From Octopus sinensis (Eukaryota): DNA of 64,000 nucleotides. Every line of letters starts with the position of its first letter. Position 1 is the stretch's first letter. The notes under the pieces were generated by a model, which saw only the letters and a program-made list of their open reading frames with translations, searched no databases and had not been told where the DNA came from. The translations under genes and the position numbers were made by a program. Below are positions 12,787 to 25,000 of the stretch, piece after piece. The stretch lies in contig NC_043011.1 in NCBI RefSeq assembly GCF_006345805.1, forward strand, positions 54,758,464 through 54,822,463. The letters run 5' to 3'.

Positions 12787-12789
<3 letters not shown>
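12576..12789 (+). mobile_element. Mariner-derived MITE (second partial copy ~49370-49503)
   Basis: TIRs ta|cgagggggtgctgaaaagttc and gaacttttcagcatcacctca. Retains the transposase C-terminus KLKNRCNRCVNLRGEYTE*. Confidence 0.75.
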
Positions 12790-12862
<73 letters not shown>

Positions 12863-13709
12863 CATCATCATCATTTAGTGTCCACTTTCCATGCTAGCAT
12901 GGGTTGGACGGTTCAACTGGGGTCTGGGAGGCCAGAAGGCTGTACCAGGCCCAGTCTGATCTGGTAATGTTTCTATGGTTGGATGCCCTTCCTAACGCCA
13001 ACCACTCCGTGAGTGTAGTGGGTGCTTTTTACGTGCCACCGGCACAGGGGCCAAAAGAATATGGAGACTTGTACATCCACAAAATTTACTTTATAGTTAC
13101 ATGCTGTATATAACTGTAAAATAAATCTTGTGGATGTACAAATCTCTATACTCTTTATTATAATTGATATACACTCCAAACAGTTTTTACCGTCCAGCAA
13201 AGAGTACACCTATTTGAAGAATTCACAGAGTGACTAACAGATCAATGTAGACACAGACGTTAGATGCTGATCATGGTTAGCCATTAACTGGAACTTAATT
13301 GAGAGCTAATATCTGCCTGGATAATATATCCCTCCAACTCTTTTTTTTTATGTGTGTGTATATATATATGTATGTATGTAATAATAATAATAATAATAAT
13401 AATAATAGAGAATATAATTCCAAAACTTACAGGGGAAAATTCAATTTAGCAATTTTAAAACAAATCTCACAATATATAATATATGTATATAATTTAGAAA
13501 TAATCCTCTATTATACAATTCAATAGTGAAAGAGGTTATTCACACCATATAGAAAACATCATCATCATCATCATCATCATCCTCGTTTAGCGTATACTAT
13601 AAAAACCTTATTCTAAAAATCAATAAAGTACATAAACAATAAATAGTAAATAGTAGTAAAAAAAATACTACTTTTTACTACTATTTATTATTTATTGTTT
13701 TTAAAATCA

Positions 13710-14142
13710 AAATCAAAATCAAAATCAATCAACATCAATGGAAATTGCAGCTGTGATACCAGTGCCGGTGGTACGTAAGAGAACCATCCGAACGTGGCCG
13801 TTGCCAGCGCCGCCCCGACTGACCTCGTGTTGGTGGCACGTAAAAAGCACCATCCGATCGTGGCCATTGCCAGCCTCGCCTGGCCCCCGTGCTGGTGGCA
13901 TGTAAAAAGCACCATCCGATCGTGGCCGTTTGCCAGCCTCGTCTGGCACCTGTGCCAGTGGCATTTAAAAAGCACCCACTACACTCACGGAGTGGTTGGC
14001 GTTAGGAAGGGCATCCAGCTGTAGAAACATTGCCAGATCAGACTGGGTCTGGTGCAGCCTTCAAGCTTCCCAGACCCCAGTTGAACCATCCAACCCATGC
14101 TAGCATGGAAAGCGGACACTAAACGATGATGATGATGATGAT
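13710..14142 (+). mobile_element. SINE-like family B with internal ~55-bp tandem units and (GAT)n tail; representative copy
   Basis: Repeated ggtggcacgtaaaaagcacc units, then ggcgttaggaagggcatccagctgtagaaac...ccaacccatgctagcatggaaagcggac..taaacgatgatg. About 20 copies or fragments, e.g. 1-120, 447-690, 1615-1995, 6130-6290, 12862-13050, 19155-19465, 26420-26690, 41165-41410, 41750-42091, 43790-44310, 54664-54808, 55580-56265, 61278-61560. Confidence 0.85.
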
Positions 14143-14231
14143 GTACTTTATTGATGTTTAGAATATGTTTCCTATATGGTGTGAATAACATCTTTCATTA
14201 TTGAATTATCTAATAGAGGTTTTCTCTAAAT

Positions 14232-14262
<31 letters not shown>

Positions 14263-15090
14263 GTAGGTCCCGGGTTGATCCGGGGTTAACCACAGTAAGT
14301 AAGGTACTCAATACATAGCAGAGTAAAATTAATTTATTATATAGAAGGAGCTTCTACAGGACTAGTACTGTTTCATTCAAGAGAAATCTTCAGGAAGCTA
14401 TTTAACAAGATTGTATTAGCATTTATACATTTAGGCAGGTTTAAAGGAGTGGTGGTGGGGGACTTTTTTGGGGGTAGGCATAGCGCAAAATATCATACTG
14501 GGGGAGTGGTCAAGGAGTCAGAGGTAAGTTAGGTGAAGAATAGATAAATAAAAAATAAAAAATAAAAAATAAAAAATAAAAAATAAAAAATAAAAATAAA
14601 AAAAAAAAAAATAAAATGTGTGCACATACATACATAAACACATATACATACACACACACATACGTACACATGTGTGCCTATACATACCTACACATACACG
14701 CATACACATACACATATGTATGTGTATGCGTGTATGTGTAGGTATGTATAGGCACACATGTGTACGTATGTGTGTGTGTATGTATATGTGTTTATGTATG
14801 TATGTGCACACATTTTATTTTTTTTATTTTTTTATTTTTTATTTTTTATTTTTTATTTTTTATTTTTTTATTTATCTATTCTTTCACCTAACTTACCTCT
14901 GACTCCTTGACCACTCCCCCAAGTATGATATTTTGCGCTATGCCTACCCCCAAAAAAGTCCCCCACCACCACTCCTTTAAACCTGCCTAAATGTATAAAT
15001 GCTAATACAATTCTTGTTAAATAGCTTCCTGAAGATTTCTCTTGAATGAAACAGTACTAGTCCTGTAGAAGCTCCTTCTATATAATAAAT
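14263..15090. mobile_element. Penelope-like fragment with inverted (fold-back) pseudo-LTR; ~760-bp near-perfect palindrome 14332-15090
   Basis: Arms are reverse complements about a centre near 14714. Each arm has a hammerhead motif. The minus arm carries an extra ~70-nt 3' tail (14263-14331). Flanked by (TA)n on both sides. Confidence 0.75.
15023..15073 (+). ncRNA. Type I hammerhead ribozyme motif (mirror copy at 14349-14399, minus strand)
   Basis: AGCTTC-CTGAAGA-tTTC tctt GAAt-GAAA-CAG tactagtc CTG-TA-GAAGCT. Six-bp helix I, intact core, helix III with palindromic ACTAGT loop. First pair of helix II is mismatched. Confidence 0.75.
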
Positions 15091-17433
15091 AAATATATAT
15101 ATATATATATATATATATCAAGAAGCTTGCTTACCAGCCACATGGTTCTGGGTTCAGTCCCACTGCATGGCACCTTGTGGGCAAGTGTCTTCTACTATAG
15201 CCTTGGGCTGACCAAAGCCTTGTGAGTGGATTTGGTAGATGGAAACTTTTATTGTATCTCCTTTGCCATCCTCTGGTACAACACCTTTTCTGTTTTGTTT
15301 GCTGGGACCTTGAAGCATACTGGCAAGCCTTCTTAGATATTTCTTTGCTGTGAGGAAGAGAGAAAAGGAAAGATATGATGGAACAGGCAGGGCCCTTCAT
15401 CAGATTTAGAAAACTATTTCATTAAGAGACATCCACAAATCTAAAATTAATGGCTGACACATCTTTAAGCAAATAAACAGAATATCCATTAGCTCACAGT
15501 GACACAGGTAAATATAACATCCGATAGGCTTTTGGTTGTAAATCATATAACACCTTGAATCCATATTTATTCTAAGCTATAGAAGCAAGTGAATTACAAT
15601 GATAAATAAAAGATATATTCATCGCTGTCAATCTTTGGTGAGGATAACAACTGCTGAAGCCATTTTATCTGCTTTTTATTATTTTCAACCGACTTTATAT
15701 TATCGTTATGTTACCTGAAACAAACACCTGCAGCCATTTTATTGTCATAACAATAACTAAAAATGTTATAAATCATCTCTCTCTTTCTCTTGCTTTTCTC
15801 TCTGACTAGATAACCAAAAATTTCCTTTACATCAGCACACCTGTTTCTTATTACCTCTCTCTCTTCCTCTCCCTCTCTTTCTCTCTCTCTGGCCCAGTAA
15901 CCATGTACCTCCTCTATAGCAAGACACCTTTTTCTGCCACCCCCCTCTCTCTGTCACACTCTTAACCTTTCATCATCTGACACAAGATCACCGCCTCCAA
16001 TGTCCTCTAATTCCTCAAAAATTTCTTGTCTTGCAAGTTACTTGGTGACCCTACCAGTGCTAGGTCCACATAAAAAGCATCCAGTCCACACTGTAAAATG
16101 GTTGGCATTTGGAAGGACATCCAGCTGTAAAACCCATGCCAAAACTGACCTCACCTGTGCTAGTGCCATGTAAAAAGCACACAGTCCACTCTGCAGGGTG
16201 GTTGGTTTTAGGAAGGACATCCAGCCATAAAAATTATGCCAAAACAGACACAGTAGCCTGGTGTAGTCTTCTACCTGGCTGGCTCCTGTCAAACCCATGC
16301 CAACATGGAAGGCAGACATTAAACAATGATGATGTTGCCCTGAGCCCTCCAAGGCCTATTGAATGGATTTGGTAGACAGAAACTGAAAGAAGCCTGTTGT
16401 GTGTGTGTCCGTTTGTTTTTGTCTTGACATCACAGAATAGTTGTAAAATAAGTACTACTGTCATACAGGTGTTGTCTTTCATTTCCAATCTTCCTCAAAG
16501 CAAATGTAATCTTGCTTGGAAACCGGTGATGTTTGGTGACAGAAAGAGCATTTGGCTGTAGAAAATCTGTTTTGCCTTGACAGATTCCATCTGACCCATC
16601 CAAGCATGGAAAATTGGATGTGAAAATGATAATGATGGTGATGATAGCCAATTTAGTTAGTACTCAAAATCAAAATGAAACGAGCAGTCAGAGAGTGCAA
16701 ACTTCCACCAAGGTAACACCAACATCCTCTCAATGATTAGCCAGAGAGGATTTTTAAAATGAGAATATCTGAAATAAACTCGACTGTTCTCACAAATGAG
16801 AATACTAAAAATGAACCAGTTCATGGCCTCTTTTGGTTTCCGTCTACCAAATCCACTTACAAGGCTCTAGTCAGCCTGAGGCTATAGCAGAAGATACTTG
16901 CCTAAGGTGCCATGTGGTTGAGAAAAAAGCTTCTTGCCACACAGCCACACCTCCTTTAAAACGACTTTGTAAGGTAGGTGTAAGAAGTTGGATCTGGTCA
17001 GTTTTATCTTAAAACAGAGAGAATGTTTTAACAGGATATGGCTGGTTTAAATACTGAAAAGTTAAAACCTTTGCCAAAGATATTAAAACTAAATATCAAT
17101 GCTGCCTGGTGCAACATTATAATGTACCATACAGCAGGGCCTATGAGAATGTGATACAGCAAGAATTTCTTGGATAACCCATATTCATAAGTCTTGAGTA
17201 TATCCATCCATTCACAAGTTTTTGGTCATTTGGAAGCTTTAGTCGAAGATATTTGCACAAGGCGCAAGAGTGGCTGTGTGGTAAGTAGCTTGCTTACCAA
17301 CCATATGGTTCCGGGTTCATTCCCACTGCGTGGCACCTTGGGCAAGTGTCTTCTCCTATAGCCTTGAGCCGACCAAAGCCTTGTGAGTGGATTTGGTAGA
17401 CAGAAACTGAAAGAAGCCCGTTGTATATATATG

Positions 17434-17477
<44 letters not shown>

Positions 17478-17519
17478 TATAATATATATATATATATTAT
17501 ATATGTATATATGTATATA

Positions 17520-17571
<52 letters not shown>

Positions 17572-18459
17572 AATATATATGGGTGTGTGTGTATGTTTGT
17601 GTGTCTGTGTTTGTCCCTCCAACATCACTTGACAACCGATGTTGGTGTGTTTACGTCCCCATAACTTAGCGGTTCAGCAAAAGAAACTGATAGAACAAGT
17701 ACTGGGCTTCCAAAGAATAAGTCCTGGGGTCGATTTGGGCGACTAAAGGCAGTGCTCCAGCATAGCCGCAGTCAAATGACTGAAACAAGTAGAAGAGAGT
17801 GGAACTGAACTCGAAACTATGTTTTTGGAAAGGTAGCTTCTTAATAACACAGCCATGCCTGCACCCGTGCATACTGATAAAATATGCCAGAGATAAAAAG
17901 AGAGGACGGCTAGGGTTTCATGTCTAGCCACTTGATATTTATTTGGAAAACAGCAAAAAATGTGCTCCACATGTGGACTACATTTGAAAACATTTGATCT
18001 GCATGAAAGAAACATTAAAGCCTCTTCTAAGGTTTTTCTAAAAGTACTGAAATATAGCCAAACGATAGCTTTTACTAAAACTCCAAAGAAATACCTGACA
18101 TTCCTGGCGTTCCTGGTGTAAGTGTAGCTGCATGGTTAAGGAGCCTGCATTGCATATTTGTGGTTTCGGTTGCACTCCCACAGCGCAGCACCTTGGGTAA
18201 GTGTCTACTACAACTCTGAGCGGACCAATGGGTTGTGAGTAAATTTGTTTGATGGAATCAGTGTGAAAGCATTAACTGTCCAAACAACAGTCACATGAAA
18301 CTCTGAGTAACAGCTTGTGAAGAGGCTTAAAAACTTTTTTCAGCTTTAATAAAATAAGTGCCTTTATATAAGTATAAATGTAATGTATATGTACATAAAT
18401 ACATATACACATACATACATTCATATATATACACACACACATATACACTCACACACACA

Positions 18460-18511
<52 letters not shown>

Positions 18512-18697
18512 CATACATAGGCACAGGAGTGTGTGTGTGTGGTAAGAAGCTTGCTTACCAACCACATGGTTCCGGGTTCAGTCCCACTGTGTGGCACCTT
18601 GGGCAAGTGCCCTTCACTTTCGCCACGGGCCAACCAAAGCCTTGTGAGTGGACTTGATAGACAGAAACTGAAAAAAGCCCATATATATATATGTATG

Positions 18698-18721
<24 letters not shown>

Positions 18722-18732
<11 letters not shown>

Positions 18733-20232
18733 GGAAAGTTTACGAAAATAAACAAAAGACGAAGGCAGGTGGAGTACAAACAAACAAATGTATTAGTATA
18801 GCGCTCAGGAATAGAAAAAGTCTTTTACGTTCGAGCTTATGCTTTTCGACAGAAAGATACACAGAAAAGAAACAAGGAAGGAAAAAATGCATGTAGGAGC
18901 TAACGATCTATATATATATATATATGTATGTATGTATGCATTTGAGTCTGTGTTTGTCCCCCCACCATCGCTTGACAACTTATGTTGGTGTGATTATGTC
19001 CCCATCACTTAGCAGTTCAGCAAAAAGAGACCGATAGAATAAGTACTAGGCTTACAAAGAATAAGTGCTGGGGTCGATTTGTTCGACTAAAGGTGGTGTG
19101 TCCAGCATGGCCACAGTCAAATGACTGAAACAAGTAAAAGAAAAGAATAAAAGATGGCACGGGGGCCAGTCAGGCAGGACTGGCAATGACCTCGCTCGAA
19201 TCTTTTTACATGTGCCGGTGGCATGTGTAAAAAGATCCGAGCGAGGTCATTGCCAGTATCACCTGACTGGCTCCCGTGCCGGTGGCACGTAAAAGCACAC
19301 ACTACATCCTCAGAGTAGTTGGCATTAGTGAGGGCATCCAGCTGTAGAAACTCTGCCAGATCAGATTGAGCCTGGTGCAACCATCTGGTTCACCAGTCCT
19401 CAGTCAAACCATCCAGCCCATACCAGCATGGAAAACAGACGTTAAACAACGACAACGAGGAAATGATATATATATATATATATAATATATATATATATAA
19501 GGGGAAAGTTTACGAAAATAAACAAAAGACGAAGGCAGGTGGAGTACAAACAAACAATGTATTAGTATAGCGCTCAGGAATAGAAAAAGTCTTTTACGTT
19601 CGAGCTTATGCTTTTCGACAGAAAGATACACAGAAAAGAAACAAGGAAGGAAAAAATGCATGTAGGAGCTAACGATCTATATATATATATATATGTATGT
19701 ATGTATGCATTTGAGTCTGTGTTTGTCCCCCCACCATCGCTTGACAACTTATGTTGGTGTGATTATGTCCCCATCACTTAGCAGTTCAGCAAAAAGAGAC
19801 CGATAGAATAAGTACTAGGCTTACAAAGAATAAGTGCTGGGGTCGATTTGTTCGACTAAAGGTGGTGTTCCAGCATGGCCACAGTCAAATGACTGAAACA
19901 AGTAAAAGAAAAGAATAAAAGATGGCACGGGGGCCAGTCAGGCAGGACTGGCAATGACCTCGCTCGAATCTTTTTACATGTGCCGGTGGCATGTGTAAAA
20001 AGATCCGAGCGAGGTCATTGCCAGTATCACCTGACTGGCTCCCGTGCCGGTGGCACGTAAAAGCACCCACTACATCCTCAGAGTAGTTGGCATTAGTGAG
20101 GGCATCCAGCTGTAGAAACTCTGCCAGATCAGATTGAGCCTGGTGCAACCATCTGGTTCACCAGTCCTCAGTCAAACCATCCAGCCCATACCAGCATGGA
20201 AAACAGACGTTAAACAACGACGACGAGGAAAT

Positions 20233-20240
<8 letters not shown>
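18722..20240. repeat. Direct tandem duplication of a ~770-bp composite unit
   Basis: 18722-19470 and 19492-20240 are near-identical (about five differences outside microsatellites). Paired ORFs 19117..19380 and 19885..20148. Breakpoints fall in (TA)n. Confidence 0.95.
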
Positions 20241-20271
<31 letters not shown>

Positions 20272-20582
20272 GTATGTATATCGATAGATACATACATACA
20301 TACATAAACAGACGGACAGACAGATAGATAGATACGTGGTGGGTGTTGACTCATCAGACAAGACCATCGATGACAAGTTAACTTATTTGTTTTGTCAGTG
20401 ACCATGACAAAATGGATATTCAAAGCCAGAATATGACTTGCATTTTTTTTTAAATATTCATAATCATGAGTTACAATTAGTTACTCATTCTGCACAACAC
20501 CTTGATCGTTTACTTTTATGCACCTTTTGAGTCAAGATTGGCTGGAAAATACCTTGCCACAGTAAATCACATGTCAACAAGA

Positions 20583-20596
20583 AGATAGATAGAAAT

Positions 20597-20668
<72 letters not shown>

Positions 20669-20730
20669 AAAGATAGATAGATAGATAGACAGACAGATAG
20701 ATAGAATAGATAGATAGATAGATAGAGATA
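20583..20730. repeat. (GATA)n microsatellite (reverse copy at 50225-50305)
   Basis: Directly visible. Confidence 0.95.
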
Positions 20731-20839
20731 TACAACCAGTCATCCATCCGCATACATACACACAATCACATATATTCATATATAGATAACTACAGATACA
20801 TACACATACATACATACATAAATACATACATACATGCAT

Positions 20840-20872
<33 letters not shown>

Positions 20873-21207
20873 CAGAAAAACAAAAGACAAAGGCAGGTGT
20901 ATGAACAACAAGCAGGTGTATTAGCTTGACGCTTGGGTGAGAAAGTCTTTTATATTTTGAGCCTATGCTCTTCAACAGAAAGGAATACGAGGAAAAAACA
21001 GGGAGTGAGAAAATCAAAGGGGCATAAATGGCATACTCCGAATGAATAAAAAGGTGATGTGATACAATGGTAGAGAGAAATCCAAGAATAAGGTATTCCA
21101 AAACAGTCGGAAGGACAGGACTGGTCCATGTGAACATGTAGTAAACTGTTAATTCAAATAAACAACAATTAAAACAGAAAAGAAGAAAAAAAAACAATGT
21201 AAAGATG

Positions 21208-21260
<53 letters not shown>

Positions 21261-21275
21261 TTTGGTGTGTATATA

Positions 21276-21310
<35 letters not shown>

Positions 21311-22302
21311 CATTTGGGTGTGTATATATATATATATATATATATTATTTGTTTCAGTCATTTGACTGTGGCCATGCTGGGGCACCACCTTTAGTCAAAC
21401 AAATCAACCCCAGGACTTATTCTATCGGTCTCTTTGCTGAACTACTAAGTTACAGGGATGTAAGCACACCACATCGGTTGTCAAGCAATGATGGGAGACA
21501 AACATAGACACACAAATACATACACGCACACACACACACACACACACATATATACATACACGCACACACACACACACAGAATTACCAATCCATTCACATT
21601 TGTTTATTTTGTGATAATATTGTATAAAATGAGGTGTCAAAATATTTCATCACGGGTATAAAAGTTGTCCACTCACTTCCATCTCATTGTATCTCTGGTT
21701 TTGGTTGTGAAAGTGTGTCAACAGTCAGACTGCAGGAAGATGATGAAATTTCCTCGTGTTTTATCAAATACAGAGCATGATAAAGGAAAAACTGTTGCTC
21801 ATGACACTAAGTGTGTTTGTACATGGCAGCCAACGTGAATCTTGCATGATTGTATAATGCAAGCACTGTGTATGTGTGTGTGTGTATACACATCCCTATC
21901 TATATATTAATATATGTATGTGTGTGAGTGTGTGTGTTTTTATGTATATATATATTCTTTTATTGGTTTATTGGTTTCAGCCATTTGACTGTGGCCATGC
22001 TGGAGCACTAACTTTAGACAAACAAATTGATCCCAGAACTTATTTTTTGTAAGCCTAGTACTTATTCTGTTGGTCACTTTTGCTAAACCACTAAGTTACG
22101 GGGATGTGTAGTTGTCAAGTGGTGGTGGGGAGGAACACACACATAAATATATATATATATATATATATATTGGCATCCTTTCTGTCTCGGGAGACAATGG
22201 AGTTGCGCATTTTTTTTTTTATATATATATATATGTATATTTATATATAATATATATATATATATATACATATATATCTATATATATATATATATATAAT
22301 AC

Positions 22303-22335
<33 letters not shown>

Positions 22336-22359
22336 CATACATATATATATATATACATA

Positions 22360-22409
<50 letters not shown>

Positions 22410-22410
22410 C

Positions 22411-22463
<53 letters not shown>

Positions 22464-22539
22464 TCTTCTTTCAGTCTACCAAATCTACTCACAAGGCTTT
22501 GGTCAGCTCGTGGCTATAGTAGAAGACACTTACCCTTAT

Positions 22540-23035
22540 ATTGATTAATTAATGATTTTTTGACTAATTCTGAAATTGTATCAGCAGTTTATATTTGCTG
22601 CTGAGTAGATGGCGCGGTTACGGTGGATTTCGAAAATTTAGGATATATAAACTCGAGGCTTCGATGGTTCTGCCTCGTGTGTATTTTCCTTTTCTTTGGC
22701 GACTTTGCTGATGAAACAAGCCAATCGTAAACGGATTTAATTTAATTTAATTAAATTCGATTACGTAAAAATGTTGAAACCATGCATGGTACAAAGTTGA
22801 AGGGGATAAATGTTTTTATTTCTCCTTTAGTTTCAGAATTACTACTATTTTGCGGTTTGAGTTTAGCTGCTCTTTTCAAGTGAGTTGAACGGCCTGTCAG
22901 GGTCATTCCTTAATATTATTGTTGAATATATTATATAGTCTGTGACTATTTCTACTTTCTCACTTGACCGCTGGTTGCAGAAAATTTTTCTTGAATTTTT
23001 CTTGAATTTTTTTGCTACCCTTATATTATATATAT
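22540..23035 (+). mobile_element. Probable Penelope-like pseudo-LTR or retrozyme fragment hosting the 22.7 kb hammerhead
   Basis: CpG-containing unique block between SINE fragments, with TATATAAA at 22644-22651 upstream of the hammerhead, ending in a TA run. Boundaries approximate. Confidence 0.45.
22700..22799 (+). ncRNA. Type I hammerhead ribozyme with canonical core
   Basis: Helix I CGACTTTG/CAAAGTTG; core CTGATGA (22708-22714); long helix II closed by AACA/TGTT; GAAA (22776-22779); palindromic helix III CCATGCATGG; cleavage triplet GUA ending at 22791. Confidence 0.85.
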
Positions 23036-23184
23036 ATATTGGCATTAGGAAGGGCATCCAGCCATAGAAACATTACCAGATCAGACTGGGCCTGGTGCAG
23101 CCTTCTGGCTTCCCAGACCCCAGTTACACCGTCCAGCATGGAAAGCGGACGCTAAGCGATGATGATGATGATGATATATATACT

Positions 23185-24021
23185 AGCTTCAAAGCGCCCC
23201 TATCAGGCAGCTTTGCCAGAAAATCCATCGTCACTATTCCACGCTGGGCCCAAAATAACTGTGAACATCACCTTGCTTGCTGAGGGTTGGACACGAGCAT
23301 TCTTTGGAGGTGGTGAGTTATCATGCTTTCATTGCTTTGACTGGACTTTAGACTCAGGATCATAATGATGAACACATGTTTCATCCTGTGTGATAAGTCT
23401 GCCAAAAAAGTCCCCCTTATATCTTTGCACATTGCCAAAAGAACCTGGGAGCAATTGACTCATTCTTGCTTCTGAAAAGGTGTGAGCATTTGGAGAATCC
23501 TTCATACAGACAACTTCCACATGTGCAAATGATCGTGAATGATTTTTTTCCATGGACCCTACATTTATCTTCACTTCTTGGGCTAGTTTCCAAATAATTA
23601 TGCAGTGATCCTCCAAAATGGTGGCTTCCACTTTATGGATGGTGTTGTCATCAATGGTGGAATGTAGTTGTCCAGAAATAGGAGCAGTTTCTGCCAATGT
23701 CCGACCACATCCGAACTGGTGGTGCCAGTCTTGACTACATTGTATGATGGTGCAGCATCACAATAAACTTCTTTCATCTCATCAATAGTCTCTTTCGGTG
23801 TATGACCTTTCAAGTATAAGAACTTGACCACTGATCTGCATTCAACTGCCTCCATTATAACACCTTAATCCACTTCATCAGCCATAAAAGACAAATGAAT
23901 ACTAGTGGAAAGCTGCAATTTACAATGTGACATGTAAAGAAATGTATGATTATACCTGTACAAGTTCCATTTCCTGCAATAACCAGAAGTGGGTCAGGGG
24001 AAATCTTTTATGAACACCCCT
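23185..24021 (-). mobile_element. Decayed mariner transposon (5' TIR and N-terminal part of transposase)
   Basis: MEAVECRSVVKFLYLKGHTPKETIDEMKEVY...; ...LITQDETCVHHYDPESKVQSKQ (first catalytic D motif). Several frameshifts and stops. TIR-like ggggtgttcataaaagatttcc at ~24000-24020. Confidence 0.9.
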
Positions 24022-24022
24022 A

Positions 24023-24070
<48 letters not shown>

Positions 24071-24074
<4 letters not shown>

Positions 24075-24363
24075 TGTGATCACCCTGACCAACCAGGCTA
24101 TCAGATGTTGCTACACATTGCTGGTCACAATGCACTTCGCATTGTTCTAGCCTTCAAATGACGCCACCCTGCTGGCTAAGCGAGCAGGCCTACAGAAGAA
24201 AGAGTGAGAGAAAGTTGCAGCGAAAGAGTACAGCAGGGATCACAACAGTGGAGCTTTAGGTGTTTTCGCTCAATAAACACTCACAACGCCCAGTCTGGGA
24301 ATCGAAACCGTGATCCTATAACCGCGAGGCCGCTGCCCTAACCACTGGGCCATTGCACCTCCA
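24071..24363 (-). mobile_element. tRNA-derived SINE family D
   Basis: ggaggtgcaatggcccagtggttaggg...gtttcgattccc...gtttattgagcgaaaacacctaaagctcc...gtagcaacatctgatagcctgg. Copies at 41456-41735, 32626-32910 (chimeric tail) and 48709-48762. Confidence 0.8.
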
Positions 24364-24514
24364 TGTATGTATACGTATATATATATATGGATATGGAAGG
24401 GAATCGAGCTGTAGAAAGTCTGCCAGATCAGATTTGGAGCCTGGTGCAGCCATCTGGTTTGCCAGTCCTCAGTCAAATCATCCAACCCATGCTGGCATGG
24501 AAAGCGGACGTTAA

Positions 24515-24549
<35 letters not shown>

Positions 24550-24749
24550 ACACACACACATTTGTATGCATTCATTCATATGAATACACATGTTTAAGAG
24601 CTTGCTACCCATACTCGTTTCTTACATTGAACAATGCAATCAATAAATCAAAAATTTTGAGGACAAATCAATTTGGCCATTCATTGTGGCACAGATGTAT
24701 ACTCACACACAAACACACACACAGATATATATATATATATATATATATA

Positions 24750-25000
24750 CTTTATTTAAAGCAGCAGAAAATTCAACAAAACCTGTTACTTTGAGTTTCC
24801 CGTTGCCGTTCATCGGACAGTTTTTGCTAGAATCAAAAAATCTAGAATCTAGCAAAAACTGTCCGATGAACGGCAATGGGAAACTCAAAGTAACAGGTTT
24901 TGTTGAATTTTCTGCTGCTTTAAATAAAGCATATTGCTCTACCACTGGTATTTGAGTACTCTTTTTTCCACCTTGTTTCACATTTATGTGTTTACTCCGG
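24750..25000. mobile_element. Penelope-like fold-back fragment with hammerhead-like motifs (24783-24820 -, 24859-24896 +)
   Basis: Inverted arms ~24750-24831 and ~24848-24929 plus a ~70-nt 3' tail. Motif CTGT-CCGATGA-aCG gcaa YGg-GAAA-CTCAAAG-TA-ACAG. Embedded in (TA)n. Confidence 0.7.

Noticed and set aside
13760-13980. CRISPR-like regularly spaced repeats (ggtggcacgtaaaaagcacc)
   Set aside because: Spacers resemble each other, the units are internal to a dispersed eukaryotic SINE, and there are no cas genes.
15245-15375. Minus-strand acceptor-like tract followed by open frames
   Set aside because: No recognisable protein, no convincing donor, and it runs into a SINE.
21696-21755. Minus-strand candidate exon (ctgcag...gaa|gtgagt)
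   Set aside because: The 53-nt segment has stops in all three frames; no support as coding.
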